From NCBI GenBank assembly GCA_963779755.1, contig CAVZZO010000001.1, forward strand, positions 64,001-128,000: 64,000 bases of DNA, in the 5' to 3' direction. Made by a program: the position numbers and the translations under genes. The notes under the pieces were generated by a model that saw only the letters and a list, made by a program, of their open reading frames with translations, was not told the DNA's origin and did not search any database. Source of the stretch: an uncultured Gemmatimonadales bacterium (GTDB lineage Bacteria; Gemmatimonadota; Gemmatimonadetes; Gemmatimonadales; GWC2-71-9). This document shows positions 9,326 through 18,592 of this stretch, one piece after another (position 1 is the first letter of the stretch; each line of letters begins with the position of its first letter).

Positions 9326-9559
9326 TTATCCTTTCGCGCGCTCGCGGACCAGCTTCAGGACCTCACCAGGCGCCGCATGCCGGCCCTGGGCTTTCTTGGA
9401 AAAGACCAGATCGCCGTCCATGCTGACCTCGAATACCCCGCCGGAGGATTCCACCATGCGAACCTCGGCCTCGGGGAAGGCCTGCTTCAGCTCGGCCGCC
9501 AGACCGGCGGCCCGGGGCTGATAGTTTCAGACGACGCAGAATTCGATAGTGAATCGCAT
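9326..9559 (-). CDS. Rdx family (SelW/SelT/SelH-like) selenoprotein, 77 aa, CxxU motif
   Basis: Manual translation: MRFTIEFCVV-U(TGA 9529-9527)-NYQPRAAGLAAELKQAFPEAEVRMVESSGGVFEVSMDGDLVFSKKAQGRHAAPGEVLKLVRERAKG; GGAG before ATG; the Rdx pattern (GGxFEV, FSK, GR) continues past the UGA. Confidence 0.93.
9488..9520 (-). promoter_or_regulatory. Bacterial SECIS element
   Basis: GGCCGCC-GGUCU-GGCGGCC stem-loop with its apical loop 21 nt after the UGA, plus an outer CAGC/GCUG pairing. Confidence 0.8.
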
Positions 9560-9677
9560 AGGTAGCTCCGGAGATCAGGTGCCCGCGAATCGTAAGTTGC
9601 CGCCACCCGTCATGCCAAGACCACCGGAGCCTCCTTGGCTTGCCCCGTGGCGCCGGACGGCTCCATCTTACCCCATC

Positions 9678-11195
9678 GTGCCGACCCGACCCCGAGGTTT
9701 CGCCCTTCCGGCCGCTCTCGCGCTGATGGCGGCGCTGCTCCTGGCGGCGCCGCTGCAGGCACAGCGGCGCTACCGGCTCGAGGCCACCGCCGCCGGAGCG
9801 TACGAGACCTTCGATCAGGCTACCGAGCTGCAGAACGCCTTCGGCGGGAACCTGCGGCTGGGCTACTGGCTGTTCCGCTTTCTCACCATCGAGGCCGAGG
9901 GCACCCTGGTGCAGCCCAAGGCGCGGAACGGCAACACCGTAACCGTCACCTCCCTGGGGGGAGCGGGCCTGCTCAATCTGGGAGTCGGCCGCTACAGCAC
10001 GGCCTATCTCAAGGCCGGCTATGCCACGGTCTCCTACGGCGGCAGCTGCCCGCCGGTCTCGGTGGTCGGGTCGGGCCCCTGCGGCAGCGATAACGAACTC
10101 CGGGCCGGCGTCGGCCTGCGGCTGGCCCTCTCTCCCACCGTGATGTTGCGCACCGAGGGGGGGCTCTCCCGCAGCAGTTCCTCGAATTTCTCCAACTACG
10201 GGGTAACGGCCGGGCTCAGCTGGATGATCGGCAGCCAGCGGCTGGTCGACAGCGACGGCGACGGGGTATACGACCGCTCCGATCGCTGCCCCGACACCCC
10301 GATCGGCGCCCTGGTGGACAGCCGCGGCTGCTCCACCGACAGCGACGGCGACGGCGTCTACGATGGGGTGGATCGCTGCCCCCAGTCGCCGCCGGGCGCT
10401 ACCGTCGACCAGGTCGGCTGCCCCCGCGACAGCGATCGTGACGGCGTGCTCGATGGCGTCGACCGCTGCGAGGACACCCCGGTGGGCGCCGCCGTGGATG
10501 AGCACGGCTGCCCGGTGGACAGCGACAGCGACGGCGTCTTCGACGGACTGGACCGCTGCCCCGATACGCCCGCCGGAGCAAAGGTCGACGGCCTCGGATG
10601 CCCCAACGACAGCGACGGCGACGGGGTATTCGACGGCATCGATCAGTGCCCCGCCACGCCGCCCGGGACGGCGGTCAACCTGTATGGGTGCGCCCCGAAC
10701 CTGGACAGCGACCACGACGGCGTGCCCGACGACCAGGACCGCTGCCCCCGGACCACCGAGGGCCTCCAGGTGGATGCCACCGGCTGTCCGGTGCGGGCCG
10801 CACCGCCCGCCGCCGAGCCGGAGCGGGCCGCGGCGCCCCTGCCCGCCCGCGGCTGGGTGATTCCAGGCAACGCTTTCGCCCTGGGCAGGGCCGATCTGCG
10901 GGAGGCCGTCTACCCCACACTCGACACCATCGCCCGGACGCTGGTGGCCCATCCGGCGGTCCGGGTGGAGATCCAGGGCAACGCCATGGACCGGCTTCCC
11001 CCGAAGGGAAACCGGGAATTGTCCACCAACCGGGCTCAGGCGATTCGCCTGTACCTCTTGCGCAAGGGCGTGCCCGACACCCAGCTCACCATCCGGGGCA
11101 ACGGCGCCAACAACCTGGTCATCCGCGATACCACCGCCGCCGCCCGGGTATTGAACCGCCGGACCGAGCTGCACGTCGTCCCCGCGGGCCCGTAA
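9678..11195 (+). CDS. OmpA-family outer membrane protein with beta-barrel, thrombospondin type-3 repeats and OmpA C-terminal domain
   Basis: Signal peptide ending LQA, amphipathic beta strands, six DSDxDGVxDxxDxCP repeats, LSTNRAQAI and NRRTEL. Start uncertain (GTG 9678 chosen). Confidence 0.88.
   Translation: MPTRPRGFALPAALALMAALLLAAPLQAQRRYRLEATAAGAYETFDQATELQNAFGGNLRLGYWLFRFLTIEAEGTLVQPKARNGNTVTVTSLGGAGLLNLGVGRYSTAYLKAGYATVSYGGSCPPVSVVGSGPCGSDNELRAGVGLRLALSPTVMLRTEGGLSRSSSSNFSNYGVTAGLSWMIGSQRLVDSDGDGVYDRSDRCPDTPIGALVDSRGCSTDSDGDGVYDGVDRCPQSPPGATVDQVGCPRDSDRDGVLDGVDRCEDTPVGAAVDEHGCPVDSDSDGVFDGLDRCPDTPAGAKVDGLGCPNDSDGDGVFDGIDQCPATPPGTAVNLYGCAPNLDSDHDGVPDDQDRCPRTTEGLQVDATGCPVRAAPPAAEPERAAAPLPARGWVIPGNAFALGRADLREAVYPTLDTIARTLVAHPAVRVEIQGNAMDRLPPKGNRELSTNRAQAIRLYLLRKGVPDTQLTIRGNGANNLVIRDTTAAARVLNRRTELHVVPAGP
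10248..10790 (+). repeat. Intragenic tandem repeats (~87 nt) encoding Ca-binding TSP3-like units
   Basis: Six copies of gacagcgac..cgacgg.gt... encoding DSDGDGV.D..D.CP.TP.GA.VD..GC. Confidence 0.85.
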
Positions 11196-11243
11196 CGAGG
11201 GTCACGGTGGCGGGGCATAGGGCTTGCTAGTCTAAGGGCACCT

Positions 11244-12476
11244 ATGCGCCGCACCTTTCCGCTCAGTCTGCTCCTTGCCGCCCTGCTGGCCGCTCCGCTT
11301 GCGGCCCAGCAGCCCGCCCTCGCGCCGCCGCTGGGGGAGGCGCCGGACGGCGTGGTCTCCCCGGAGCGGCTGCGTGCTATCACCGACCGGCTGCTGGAAC
11401 CGCTGCAATGGCCGGCGCCGCCCCTGTCCGATCCGCCCAGGGGCATCCGGGCGATCTACCTCAACGCCTGGGTCTTCGGCTCGCAGCGGTTCTATGACCT
11501 GGTGCGGATGGCGGACACCACCGAAATCAACGCCTTTATCATCGATGTGAAGGACGGCACCGGGTACCTCACCTACCCGTCGAGCGTACCCACGGCCATC
11601 GAGATCGGTGCCAATCACCAGATCCGGGCCCCCGATTTCCGGGAGCGGCTGGAGGTCCTGCGGCGCCACGGTATCTATCCCATTGCCCGCATCGTCGTCG
11701 CCAAGGACCCGCTGCTGGCCAGGGGAAAACCGGGCTGGTCGATTCAGGACAAACGGGGGGGGCTGTGGCACGACCGGCTGGGGTTCGCCTGGGTGGATGC
11801 CTTCAACGATTCGGTCTGGGTCTACGCCTCGCAGCTCGGGGCCGAGGCCGTCCGGATGGGGTTCTCGGAGCTGCAGTTCGATTACGTGCGGTTCCCCGAC
11901 GAGCCGCGCTCACGCATGGCGACGGCGATCTTCTCCGCCCGCCAGCCGGGCGAGACCACCCGCGAGGGCGTGCGGCGCAATCTCGAGTTCCTGAAGCGCC
12001 GGGTCAAGCCGCTGGGCGTCCCGTTTACCGTCGATGTCTTCGGGATGACGGCCAGCGCCCAGAACGATATGGGCATCGGCCAGGTGTGGGAGGATCTGGT
12101 CAGGACGGCGGATGTGGTTCTGCCGATGGTCTATCCCAGCCACTACTACGGCGGGTTCTACAACATCAGCCATCCCAACAGCGAACCGTACGACGTCGTC
12201 CACCGGGCCATCCAGGATGGGCTGCGCCGCTCGGCGGACGTCGACAAACCGGGGAAGATCCGGCCGTTCCTCCAGGCGTTCACACTGGGACGCCCCCGCT
12301 ACACTCCGTGGTACGTGCGGGAGCAGATCCGGGCAGTAGAGGATCTGGGGATCGAGAGCTGGGCCCTGTGGAACGCCCGCGGAGTGTATGACCCGGCGAT
12401 CTTCCGGCCGGCGGTGTCGCGGCCCCGCGGTGTGGCTCAGCAGCCCGATACCAGCTTGGATCAGGGAGAACTCTGA
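11244..12476 (+). CDS. Putative glycoside hydrolase (DUF4015-like TIM barrel), exported
   Basis: RAIYL, INAFIIDVKD..G, YPIARIVVAKD, ELQFDYVRFP, PMVYPSHY, RPFLQAF. Confidence 0.85.
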   Translation: MRRTFPLSLLLAALLAAPLAAQQPALAPPLGEAPDGVVSPERLRAITDRLLEPLQWPAPPLSDPPRGIRAIYLNAWVFGSQRFYDLVRMADTTEINAFIIDVKDGTGYLTYPSSVPTAIEIGANHQIRAPDFRERLEVLRRHGIYPIARIVVAKDPLLARGKPGWSIQDKRGGLWHDRLGFAWVDAFNDSVWVYASQLGAEAVRMGFSELQFDYVRFPDEPRSRMATAIFSARQPGETTREGVRRNLEFLKRRVKPLGVPFTVDVFGMTASAQNDMGIGQVWEDLVRTADVVLPMVYPSHYYGGFYNISHPNSEPYDVVHRAIQDGLRRSADVDKPGKIRPFLQAFTLGRPRYTPWYVREQIRAVEDLGIESWALWNARGVYDPAIFRPAVSRPRGVAQQPDTSLDQGEL

Positions 12477-13102
12477 CCATCCGTTGGCGGTGCGATATCG
12501 TAAACGTATACGTTCACGTTGCTGTCGTGGTATAGCGGCTCGCGGCGCACGAAGCGGCACCCCCGGTTCCGATACATCCGATTCGCGCTTTCATTGCTCA
12601 CGTCGGTCGCAATCTTGAGCGCCGTCACCCGTCGGAGGCGCAGTTCGCGCACCAATTCCTCCCAGATCGCCGCCCCAACCCCCTTCCCCTGGGCGGCGCG
12701 CTCAACCACGATGCTGACCAACTCGGCTTCGGGATCATCGTAAGTCACCCCGCGAAAATAGGTCAGGCCGGTGAAGGCGGTGCGCAGGTTGGCAGGGCTC
12801 AGCGCCCGGGGAAGGGCCAGGAGCGCGCACCACAAGCCCCGGTGTAGAAGAAACTCCCGATAGAACCGCTTCCCCGACAGCAGCACGGCCGCGTAGCCGA
12901 CCACCCTCCCGTCCCGTTCCCCGACCAGACAGAGACAGTGCCGTGATGTGGCCATATGACGATGGAGCTGGGTGACTACCCCGCGGCCCAGCCGGGCGAA
13001 CCGCGTCCGAAGCTCCGCAATCATGAGAGAGGCAAGACGGGCCGCGTCATCCGGGCGCGCCGGCCGGATGCCGGATCCGGAGGGGATGGAAGGAGCAGAC
13101 AT
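12461..13102 (-). CDS. GNAT family N-acetyltransferase
   Basis: IRPARPDD, SIVV..AAQGKGVG acetyl-CoA motif A, NESANRMY..RG. Confidence 0.85.
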   Translation of the reverse strand: MSAPSIPSGSGIRPARPDDAARLASLMIAELRTRFARLGRGVVTQLHRHMATSRHCLCLVGERDGRVVGYAAVLLSGKRFYREFLLHRGLWCALLALPRALSPANLRTAFTGLTYFRGVTYDDPEAELVSIVVERAAQGKGVGAAIWEELVRELRLRRVTALKIATDVSNESANRMYRNRGCRFVRREPLYHDSNVNVYVYDIAPPTDGQSSP

Positions 13103-13139
13103 GGGTCACCCACCTCGAGCGGCCGGGTCGGCTTCCGGG

Positions 13140-14951
13140 TCAGCGCTCGAACGCCCCGCTCTGGTAGAGGCCGTCATATTCCTTTCGCAGGCTGTCGCTC
13201 AATCCCCGGAAGCGCTCCAGGTCGCCCTGGTACGCCGAATCCCTGCTGAGGTCCTGCAGGGCCAGAGGATCGGAGCGCATATCGTAGAACCCCCCCGAGT
13301 CCTTCCGGCTCAACGGGCTGATGAACTGGAAATCGTCGGTGATGATGGCGTGGGGGTCGAGATGCATGCCGTGGCCCTGTGCTACCTCGGCGAAGACCAG
13401 GGACGGAGCCGCCGGCGTTGCGCTGGTCCAGAATCGGCTCAGCGAACGGCCCGGAAGAGAATCCGCGCTCTCGACCCGGGCGAGCGCCAGCACGGTCCGG
13501 GGGATGTCCCGCAGGCTGACGACGTGGTTGACCGTCACCGCGGCAGGCACGCCGGCCGGATACCGGATGACGAGTGGCACGTGCAGCAATTGGGGATAGA
13601 CGCTGTTGCCGTGCCCGGGAAGGCCGTGCTCACCAAACTGCTCCCCATGATCCGCGGTGATGATGACGATCGTGCTGTCCGCCAGGCCGCGGCGGCGCAG
13701 TTCACGCAGCAGCCTGCCGGTGGCGCGGTCAATCTCCGCAATCGAGGCATCGTAATTGTCACGCAGCCAGGCGATTTTCTCGTCGGGGTCGTCGTTCGCC
13801 GGCTCGTGCAGCATACGGTAAGCCCCGGTGGTGGGGCGGACGAACCGTCTCGCCACGGAGTCGTCCGGGAGATAGGGGAAGTGAGCGTCGAAATAGTTCA
13901 GGAAGACGAAGAACGGCCGGTGCCGGTCCTGCCGATCCAGCCAGCCGAGAAATTCCCGGTTCACGCTCCCGGCATGTTTGCGCCCGAACTTGTTGTAGAA
14001 TCCGATGAGGTTCCGCACCCAGTTCTGGGTCAGCAGAACTTCCGTCAGCCGGGCATAATCGATCGCGGTCCCCAGCGAAGGAGGGTAATCCTCATAGTGC
14101 TCGAACCCCAGGTCGAATCCGTGCTGGGCATCCGCATAGCCGACATTCGCGGTGAAAGCGCCGGTGGCGTACCCGGCCTGGTGCAGCACCGAGGCCAGCG
14201 GGGACGTCGGACTCCGGATCGGCCGGTCATGGGCCCGATAGACCACATAGGGCCATTGTCCGGTGAACAAGGTCGCATGCGACGGCAGGGTCCATGACGC
14301 GGCGCTCATGGCCCGGGCAAAGCGTACCCCTTGCGCACTCAACCGTTCGAGCTCCGGAGTGGTCGGGCGATCGTAGCCGTAGGCGCTGAGGTCGAGCTCC
14401 CGGACCGTATCCCAGACGATCAACAGCACATTCGGGTGCTTGCCCTCGACCGGAGGACGGTCGGCTACCAGGCGGTGTTCCCGGAGAAGCCGTCCACCGG
14501 CGAGCAAGGCCGATTCCAGCATCACCAGGCCAAGCAGCCAGGGGAGGGAGCGCCCCACGAACGCCTGCACTCGCGCGCGTCCGGCGACACGCCCGGCCTG
14601 AACGCCCACACCTGCGGCCAGCAACAGGGCCACTCCCCGCTGCATGTTGGGAAAGATGAGCCACAGGAGCGGCACGACGGCAACGGCGGTGAGGATTCCG
14701 GCCCCGGCGGCGGGAGCCATCAGTCCTCTCCAGGCCCGGTGTACAGCCAGGAGAAGCAACGCGACAAATGCCAGGCAGGCCACGTCGATCACGGGAGCCA
14801 TCCATATGATATCCAGCGGGAGTCGCAGCACGCGTCCCTGACCGAAATGCTGGAAGAGGCGGACCCATCCTTCGACCAGGCCGGCGGCAAGTCCCAGCCA
14901 GAGGGTGAGGACGCCGGCCTGAAGCCACCGCCGGGAAGGATGTGCGTTCAT
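13140..14951 (-). CDS. Membrane-anchored sulfatase-like hydrolase/transferase (paralog 4)
   Basis: N-terminal TM helices; PNVLLIVWDTVR, SWTLPSHATLFTG, NYFDAHFPY, ADHGE. Confidence 0.88.
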   Translation of the reverse strand: MNAHPSRRWLQAGVLTLWLGLAAGLVEGWVRLFQHFGQGRVLRLPLDIIWMAPVIDVACLAFVALLLLAVHRAWRGLMAPAAGAGILTAVAVVPLLWLIFPNMQRGVALLLAAGVGVQAGRVAGRARVQAFVGRSLPWLLGLVMLESALLAGGRLLREHRLVADRPPVEGKHPNVLLIVWDTVRELDLSAYGYDRPTTPELERLSAQGVRFARAMSAASWTLPSHATLFTGQWPYVVYRAHDRPIRSPTSPLASVLHQAGYATGAFTANVGYADAQHGFDLGFEHYEDYPPSLGTAIDYARLTEVLLTQNWVRNLIGFYNKFGRKHAGSVNREFLGWLDRQDRHRPFFVFLNYFDAHFPYLPDDSVARRFVRPTTGAYRMLHEPANDDPDEKIAWLRDNYDASIAEIDRATGRLLRELRRRGLADSTIVIITADHGEQFGEHGLPGHGNSVYPQLLHVPLVIRYPAGVPAAVTVNHVVSLRDIPRTVLALARVESADSLPGRSLSRFWTSATPAAPSLVFAEVAQGHGMHLDPHAIITDDFQFISPLSRKDSGGFYDMRSDPLALQDLSRDSAYQGDLERFRGLSDSLRKEYDGLYQSGAFER

Positions 14952-14963
14952 GCCCGGACCTCG

Positions 14964-16778
14964 TCAGTGGGTGAGAACGGCGCGCCGGAGAAGCCCACGC
15001 AATTCCTCAAGGGTGACCCGGCTGGAATCCGCCCCGGACAGATCGAATCGCTCAGCGGGATCGTGCCGGGCGCTGAACAACTCTTCGCCACCCCCGGAGT
15101 TCCGGATATAGCGGTAACCCAGGGCGACCAGCGCTTGCATGTTACCCCGGCTTACGGGATACCAGGCGGGCGTGCGGATGCCGCGACTCACTTCCGAGAG
15201 CACCGGGGACGCCGAATCACCCAGGCCGCCTTGCCAGAACCGGGCCAGGGAGTTCCCCGGAATGGGGTTGTCTCCTCCGAATCCGGCCAGATCCACGAGT
15301 GTCGCCGCCACGTCGCGCAGGCTCACCGCCCGGTTCACCGTCACTGCCGCCGGGACGCGGGGCGGGTACACGATCAGCAGCGGCACTTCGACGGAGGGCC
15401 GGTAGAGTGAATTTCCATGATCGAACACTCCGTGCTCGCCGAACTCCTCGCCGTGGTCGGCGGTGATGACCACCACCGTGTTCTGCAGCAGGCCGTGCCG
15501 GCCCAGCTCCGCGAAGAGCCGTCCCAGTTCATGATCCAGGTAGGCGAGCGCGCCGTCGTACTGGTCAATTTCCGCTGCGACGGTGGCCGGTGAGGGCAGC
15601 ACCTTGCTGGGGTGCGCGAGATACCGGTGCAGCGGGCTCAGATTGTTGGGGCGCGGGACGCCGCCAAAGCGCCGGTCGTAAGGTGCCGGGGACAGATACG
15701 GATCGTGCGCGTCATAATAGTTGAGAAAGGCAAAGAAGGGCCGCTCAGGCGACCGGCCTGCCCAGCGGAGAAACGAGCGGGAGATTTCCGGCGCCCCGAT
15801 GCGCACGAGGTGCTGATCGCTGCCAATCAGCCGTCGCAGCCGGAGGCTTCGGTCCAATTGACGGCCGATGGAGGTGCAGGCGAGGATCACGCGCGGCGAG
15901 ACGGGGAAGTCGCGATAATGTGCGAAACCGCGCTCCAGGCCAAACTCCCAGCTCAGGTACCCGACATTGGCCACGAAGGCGCCGGTGCGATAACCCCGGC
16001 TGGCGAATACTTCCGCCAGCGTAGGCACCCGGCCGTCCAGCGGTGTGAGCCAGTCGGCCGACAGGTCATGAGGATACCGCCCGGTGAGTAGACTGGCATG
16101 GGACGGGAGGGTCCACGGGGCAGTGGAGAAGGGATGCGCGAAGCGGGTCCCGTGCAGAGCGAACCTCTCCAGCTCCGGGGTGGTCTCTCGATCGTACCCG
16201 TAGAGACTCAGGTGGTCGGCCCGGACCGTGTCCAGAATCAACAGCAGAATATTGGGGTGCCCCGGAAGAGGCGCCGGGAGCCGGGCCGAGGCCCGCTGCT
16301 CCCGCCACCATCCCAGCCCGAGGCTGGCGCCCGCGATCAGAAGCACCAGCACCGCCAGGGATGTCAGCACCGGCAGGGCCCGCCGCTCGATCGCCGCACC
16401 GCGCTTGTCGAGCAGCCGCCCTCCCTGCCACCCGATACCGGCCGCCAGCAGCACGGCCGCAGGACGGGAAAACCAGGGAACCATGAACAGGAGCGCGCTG
16501 GCGCCGAGCCAGATGAAGATCCCCAGCCCGAAGCGAAGCGGCATGAGTCCGGGCCGGAACCGGGCAAGGGCCGCGATGAGCACGGCCGGCGGAAGAAATA
16601 GGACCAGATCGCCCACGGGGGCCATCCAGCCGAACTGCATGCTCACATGAATCAGCTCGCCGAAGCCCAACCGGCGCAGCAGCAGCACGCCGGCCTCCAG
16701 CAGGCCGGTGGCCAGCCCGATGGCAAGCCCGGTCAGCAACCAGGTTCGCGGCCGGAGGGCCGGGGAGGGAGCGTTCAC
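14964..16778 (-). CDS. Membrane-anchored sulfatase-like hydrolase/transferase (paralog 3)
   Basis: PNILLLILDTVRADH, PWTLPSHASLLTG, NYYDAHDPY, ADHGE. Confidence 0.88.
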   Translation of the reverse strand: MNAPSPALRPRTWLLTGLAIGLATGLLEAGVLLLRRLGFGELIHVSMQFGWMAPVGDLVLFLPPAVLIAALARFRPGLMPLRFGLGIFIWLGASALLFMVPWFSRPAAVLLAAGIGWQGGRLLDKRGAAIERRALPVLTSLAVLVLLIAGASLGLGWWREQRASARLPAPLPGHPNILLLILDTVRADHLSLYGYDRETTPELERFALHGTRFAHPFSTAPWTLPSHASLLTGRYPHDLSADWLTPLDGRVPTLAEVFASRGYRTGAFVANVGYLSWEFGLERGFAHYRDFPVSPRVILACTSIGRQLDRSLRLRRLIGSDQHLVRIGAPEISRSFLRWAGRSPERPFFAFLNYYDAHDPYLSPAPYDRRFGGVPRPNNLSPLHRYLAHPSKVLPSPATVAAEIDQYDGALAYLDHELGRLFAELGRHGLLQNTVVVITADHGEEFGEHGVFDHGNSLYRPSVEVPLLIVYPPRVPAAVTVNRAVSLRDVAATLVDLAGFGGDNPIPGNSLARFWQGGLGDSASPVLSEVSRGIRTPAWYPVSRGNMQALVALGYRYIRNSGGGEELFSARHDPAERFDLSGADSSRVTLEELRGLLRRAVLTH

Positions 16779-18592
16779 CGGATGCTGGTGGGCAGGAGCT
16801 CGCGGGCTCGCTGCTGGAACCGGGCCATCACGGCCGTGGAATCGGCCGCAAGATTACGGCGCTCTTCCGGATCGACCTGAGTGTCGTATAACTCGACCTG
16901 ACCCGATTGTTCCACGATATACTGCCAATGCCGGCTCACCAGCGATGCTACCCAGCCGCGTGAGGCGGGCCAGTTGGCCGGGACAGTGGACCGCTGCGCC
17001 AGTTCGGCGATTCCGAGGCTGGTCGAATCCGGCGGGGCCAGCAGCGATCGCCCGGGAAAGAGCGTATCCGGCAATCCAGCGGCCTCCGCCAGAGTCGTCG
17101 TCAGCCGTTCCAGGCTCACGGCGTCCTGACGGCGGACTCCGGCCGCGAGGTGACCGGGCCAGAACAGGATCAGCGGGATGTCGACCTGGTCGCGATACAG
17201 GCTGTGCCCATGGAAGTAGAGCCCGTGTTCCCCGAAGCTCTCGCCGTGATCGCTGGTGACGATGACGAGGGTATTCCGTAACCGGCCCCGGCGCTTCAAC
17301 CCCTGGAACAGGGAATCGATCTGGGCGTCGAGATAGAGAATGGACTCATCGTAGGCATCGAGATCGGCACGGATCTTCTCGGGCGGAATCCTGGGGATGT
17401 TTCCGGCGATCGCCCCCAGCTGAATTCCGGGTTCACCCGGCGGGCGCCGGCTGGGGTCGGAAAAGCGGCCGGCGTAGGGAGCGGGCGGGAAGAGCGGGCC
17501 GTGCACATCGAGGTAATTCACGAATGCGAAGAATGGCCGCCGGGGATGATGATCGAGCCATCGCAGCAGGTCCCGGTTGATGTCGGCGGCGGACTTGCGC
17601 CCGGGAATGTCGCGGGGACCGAATCGGGGCCAGACGTCATACGCAAGCTGCCGGCCCAGGACGGTCCGGACCAGGGCATCGCCGAGGTTACCGAAGTAAT
17701 CCTCGTAATGCGCAAAGCCCCGCGCGAGTCCGGTTTCCCGGCCACACCAGTAGATGTTGGCGATAAACCCGCCGGTGGCATAACCCGCCGCGGCGAGCGC
17801 TTCGGCCAGGACCGGAAATCGGCCATCGAGATAGGGTCGCCGCAACACCCCGGCACGGTGCTCGTGCTGCTGCCGGCCGGTCATGATGGTGGCATGGCTG
17901 GGCAGGGTCCAGGACGAACTCGCGGTAGTATGTTCGAACATCCATCCCCGGCTTGCGAGCGTGTCGAGGAATGGGGACGTCGGCCGGGAATATCCGTAGA
18001 GGGACAGGTGGTCCGCCCGCTGAGTATCCATGACCAGCAACAGGATATTGGGGCGGCCCTCGGGCGCCGGCGGGAGGGCCGCAAACACGCGCGCCTCCTT
18101 GAAGCGCGTACCGAGGGTGACGGCGAGGGCGATCAGACCGACCAGGCCCAGCGTCCAGGGGAGAGCACGGCGGGAGGTGGCGAGCCACCAGTCACGGCGC
18201 CGGCGGTAGGCCCGGGTGAGCACCACGGCAAAGCCCAGCCCGAGTAGCAGCGAAGCCACCTGGTTCAGCACGACGCGCTCCAGCGACGCGGCCAGGTAGC
18301 CGCCCAACCCCACCAGAAGGAAGACCAGTCCCACATCCCAGCGCACCCGCGGGGCCGTGAGGGCAAGTCCGCCGGCCACCAATCCAACCACCCCGAATAT
18401 GGCCCCGTACACGAGCGGCGTCACCCAGAGGATGGGGGCGGCCGTCCCGTTGAGCCAGGAGAGGGCGCCGGGGATGAAGGTCCAGGCCATGGCCTCCAGC
18501 CCTTCGATCAGGCCGTAGATCAGCCCCAGCCAGATCCCGAGCAATAACATGTCACGGAGCCGGACCGTTACCGGTCCAGGTGAGGTAGTCAT
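16775..18592 (-). CDS. Membrane-anchored sulfatase-like hydrolase/transferase (paralog 2)
   Basis: PNILLLVMDTQRADH, SWTLPSHATIMTG, NYLDVHGP, SDHGE. Confidence 0.88.
   Translation of the reverse strand: MTTSPGPVTVRLRDMLLLGIWLGLIYGLIEGLEAMAWTFIPGALSWLNGTAAPILWVTPLVYGAIFGVVGLVAGGLALTAPRVRWDVGLVFLLVGLGGYLAASLERVVLNQVASLLLGLGFAVVLTRAYRRRRDWWLATSRRALPWTLGLVGLIALAVTLGTRFKEARVFAALPPAPEGRPNILLLVMDTQRADHLSLYGYSRPTSPFLDTLASRGWMFEHTTASSSWTLPSHATIMTGRQQHEHRAGVLRRPYLDGRFPVLAEALAAAGYATGGFIANIYWCGRETGLARGFAHYEDYFGNLGDALVRTVLGRQLAYDVWPRFGPRDIPGRKSAADINRDLLRWLDHHPRRPFFAFVNYLDVHGPLFPPAPYAGRFSDPSRRPPGEPGIQLGAIAGNIPRIPPEKIRADLDAYDESILYLDAQIDSLFQGLKRRGRLRNTLVIVTSDHGESFGEHGLYFHGHSLYRDQVDIPLILFWPGHLAAGVRRQDAVSLERLTTTLAEAAGLPDTLFPGRSLLAPPDSTSLGIAELAQRSTVPANWPASRGWVASLVSRHWQYIVEQSGQVELYDTQVDPEERRNLAADSTAVMARFQQRARELLPTSIR

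Noticed and set aside
9326..9559. Pseudogene interpretation of the in-frame TGA
   Set aside because: The TGA falls exactly at the second redox position of CxxU, is followed by a SECIS-like hairpin, and the rest of the frame is intact.
10248..10790. CRISPR-like regular repeats
   Set aside because: Degenerate in-frame coding repeats of the OmpA protein; no unique spacers and no cas genes.
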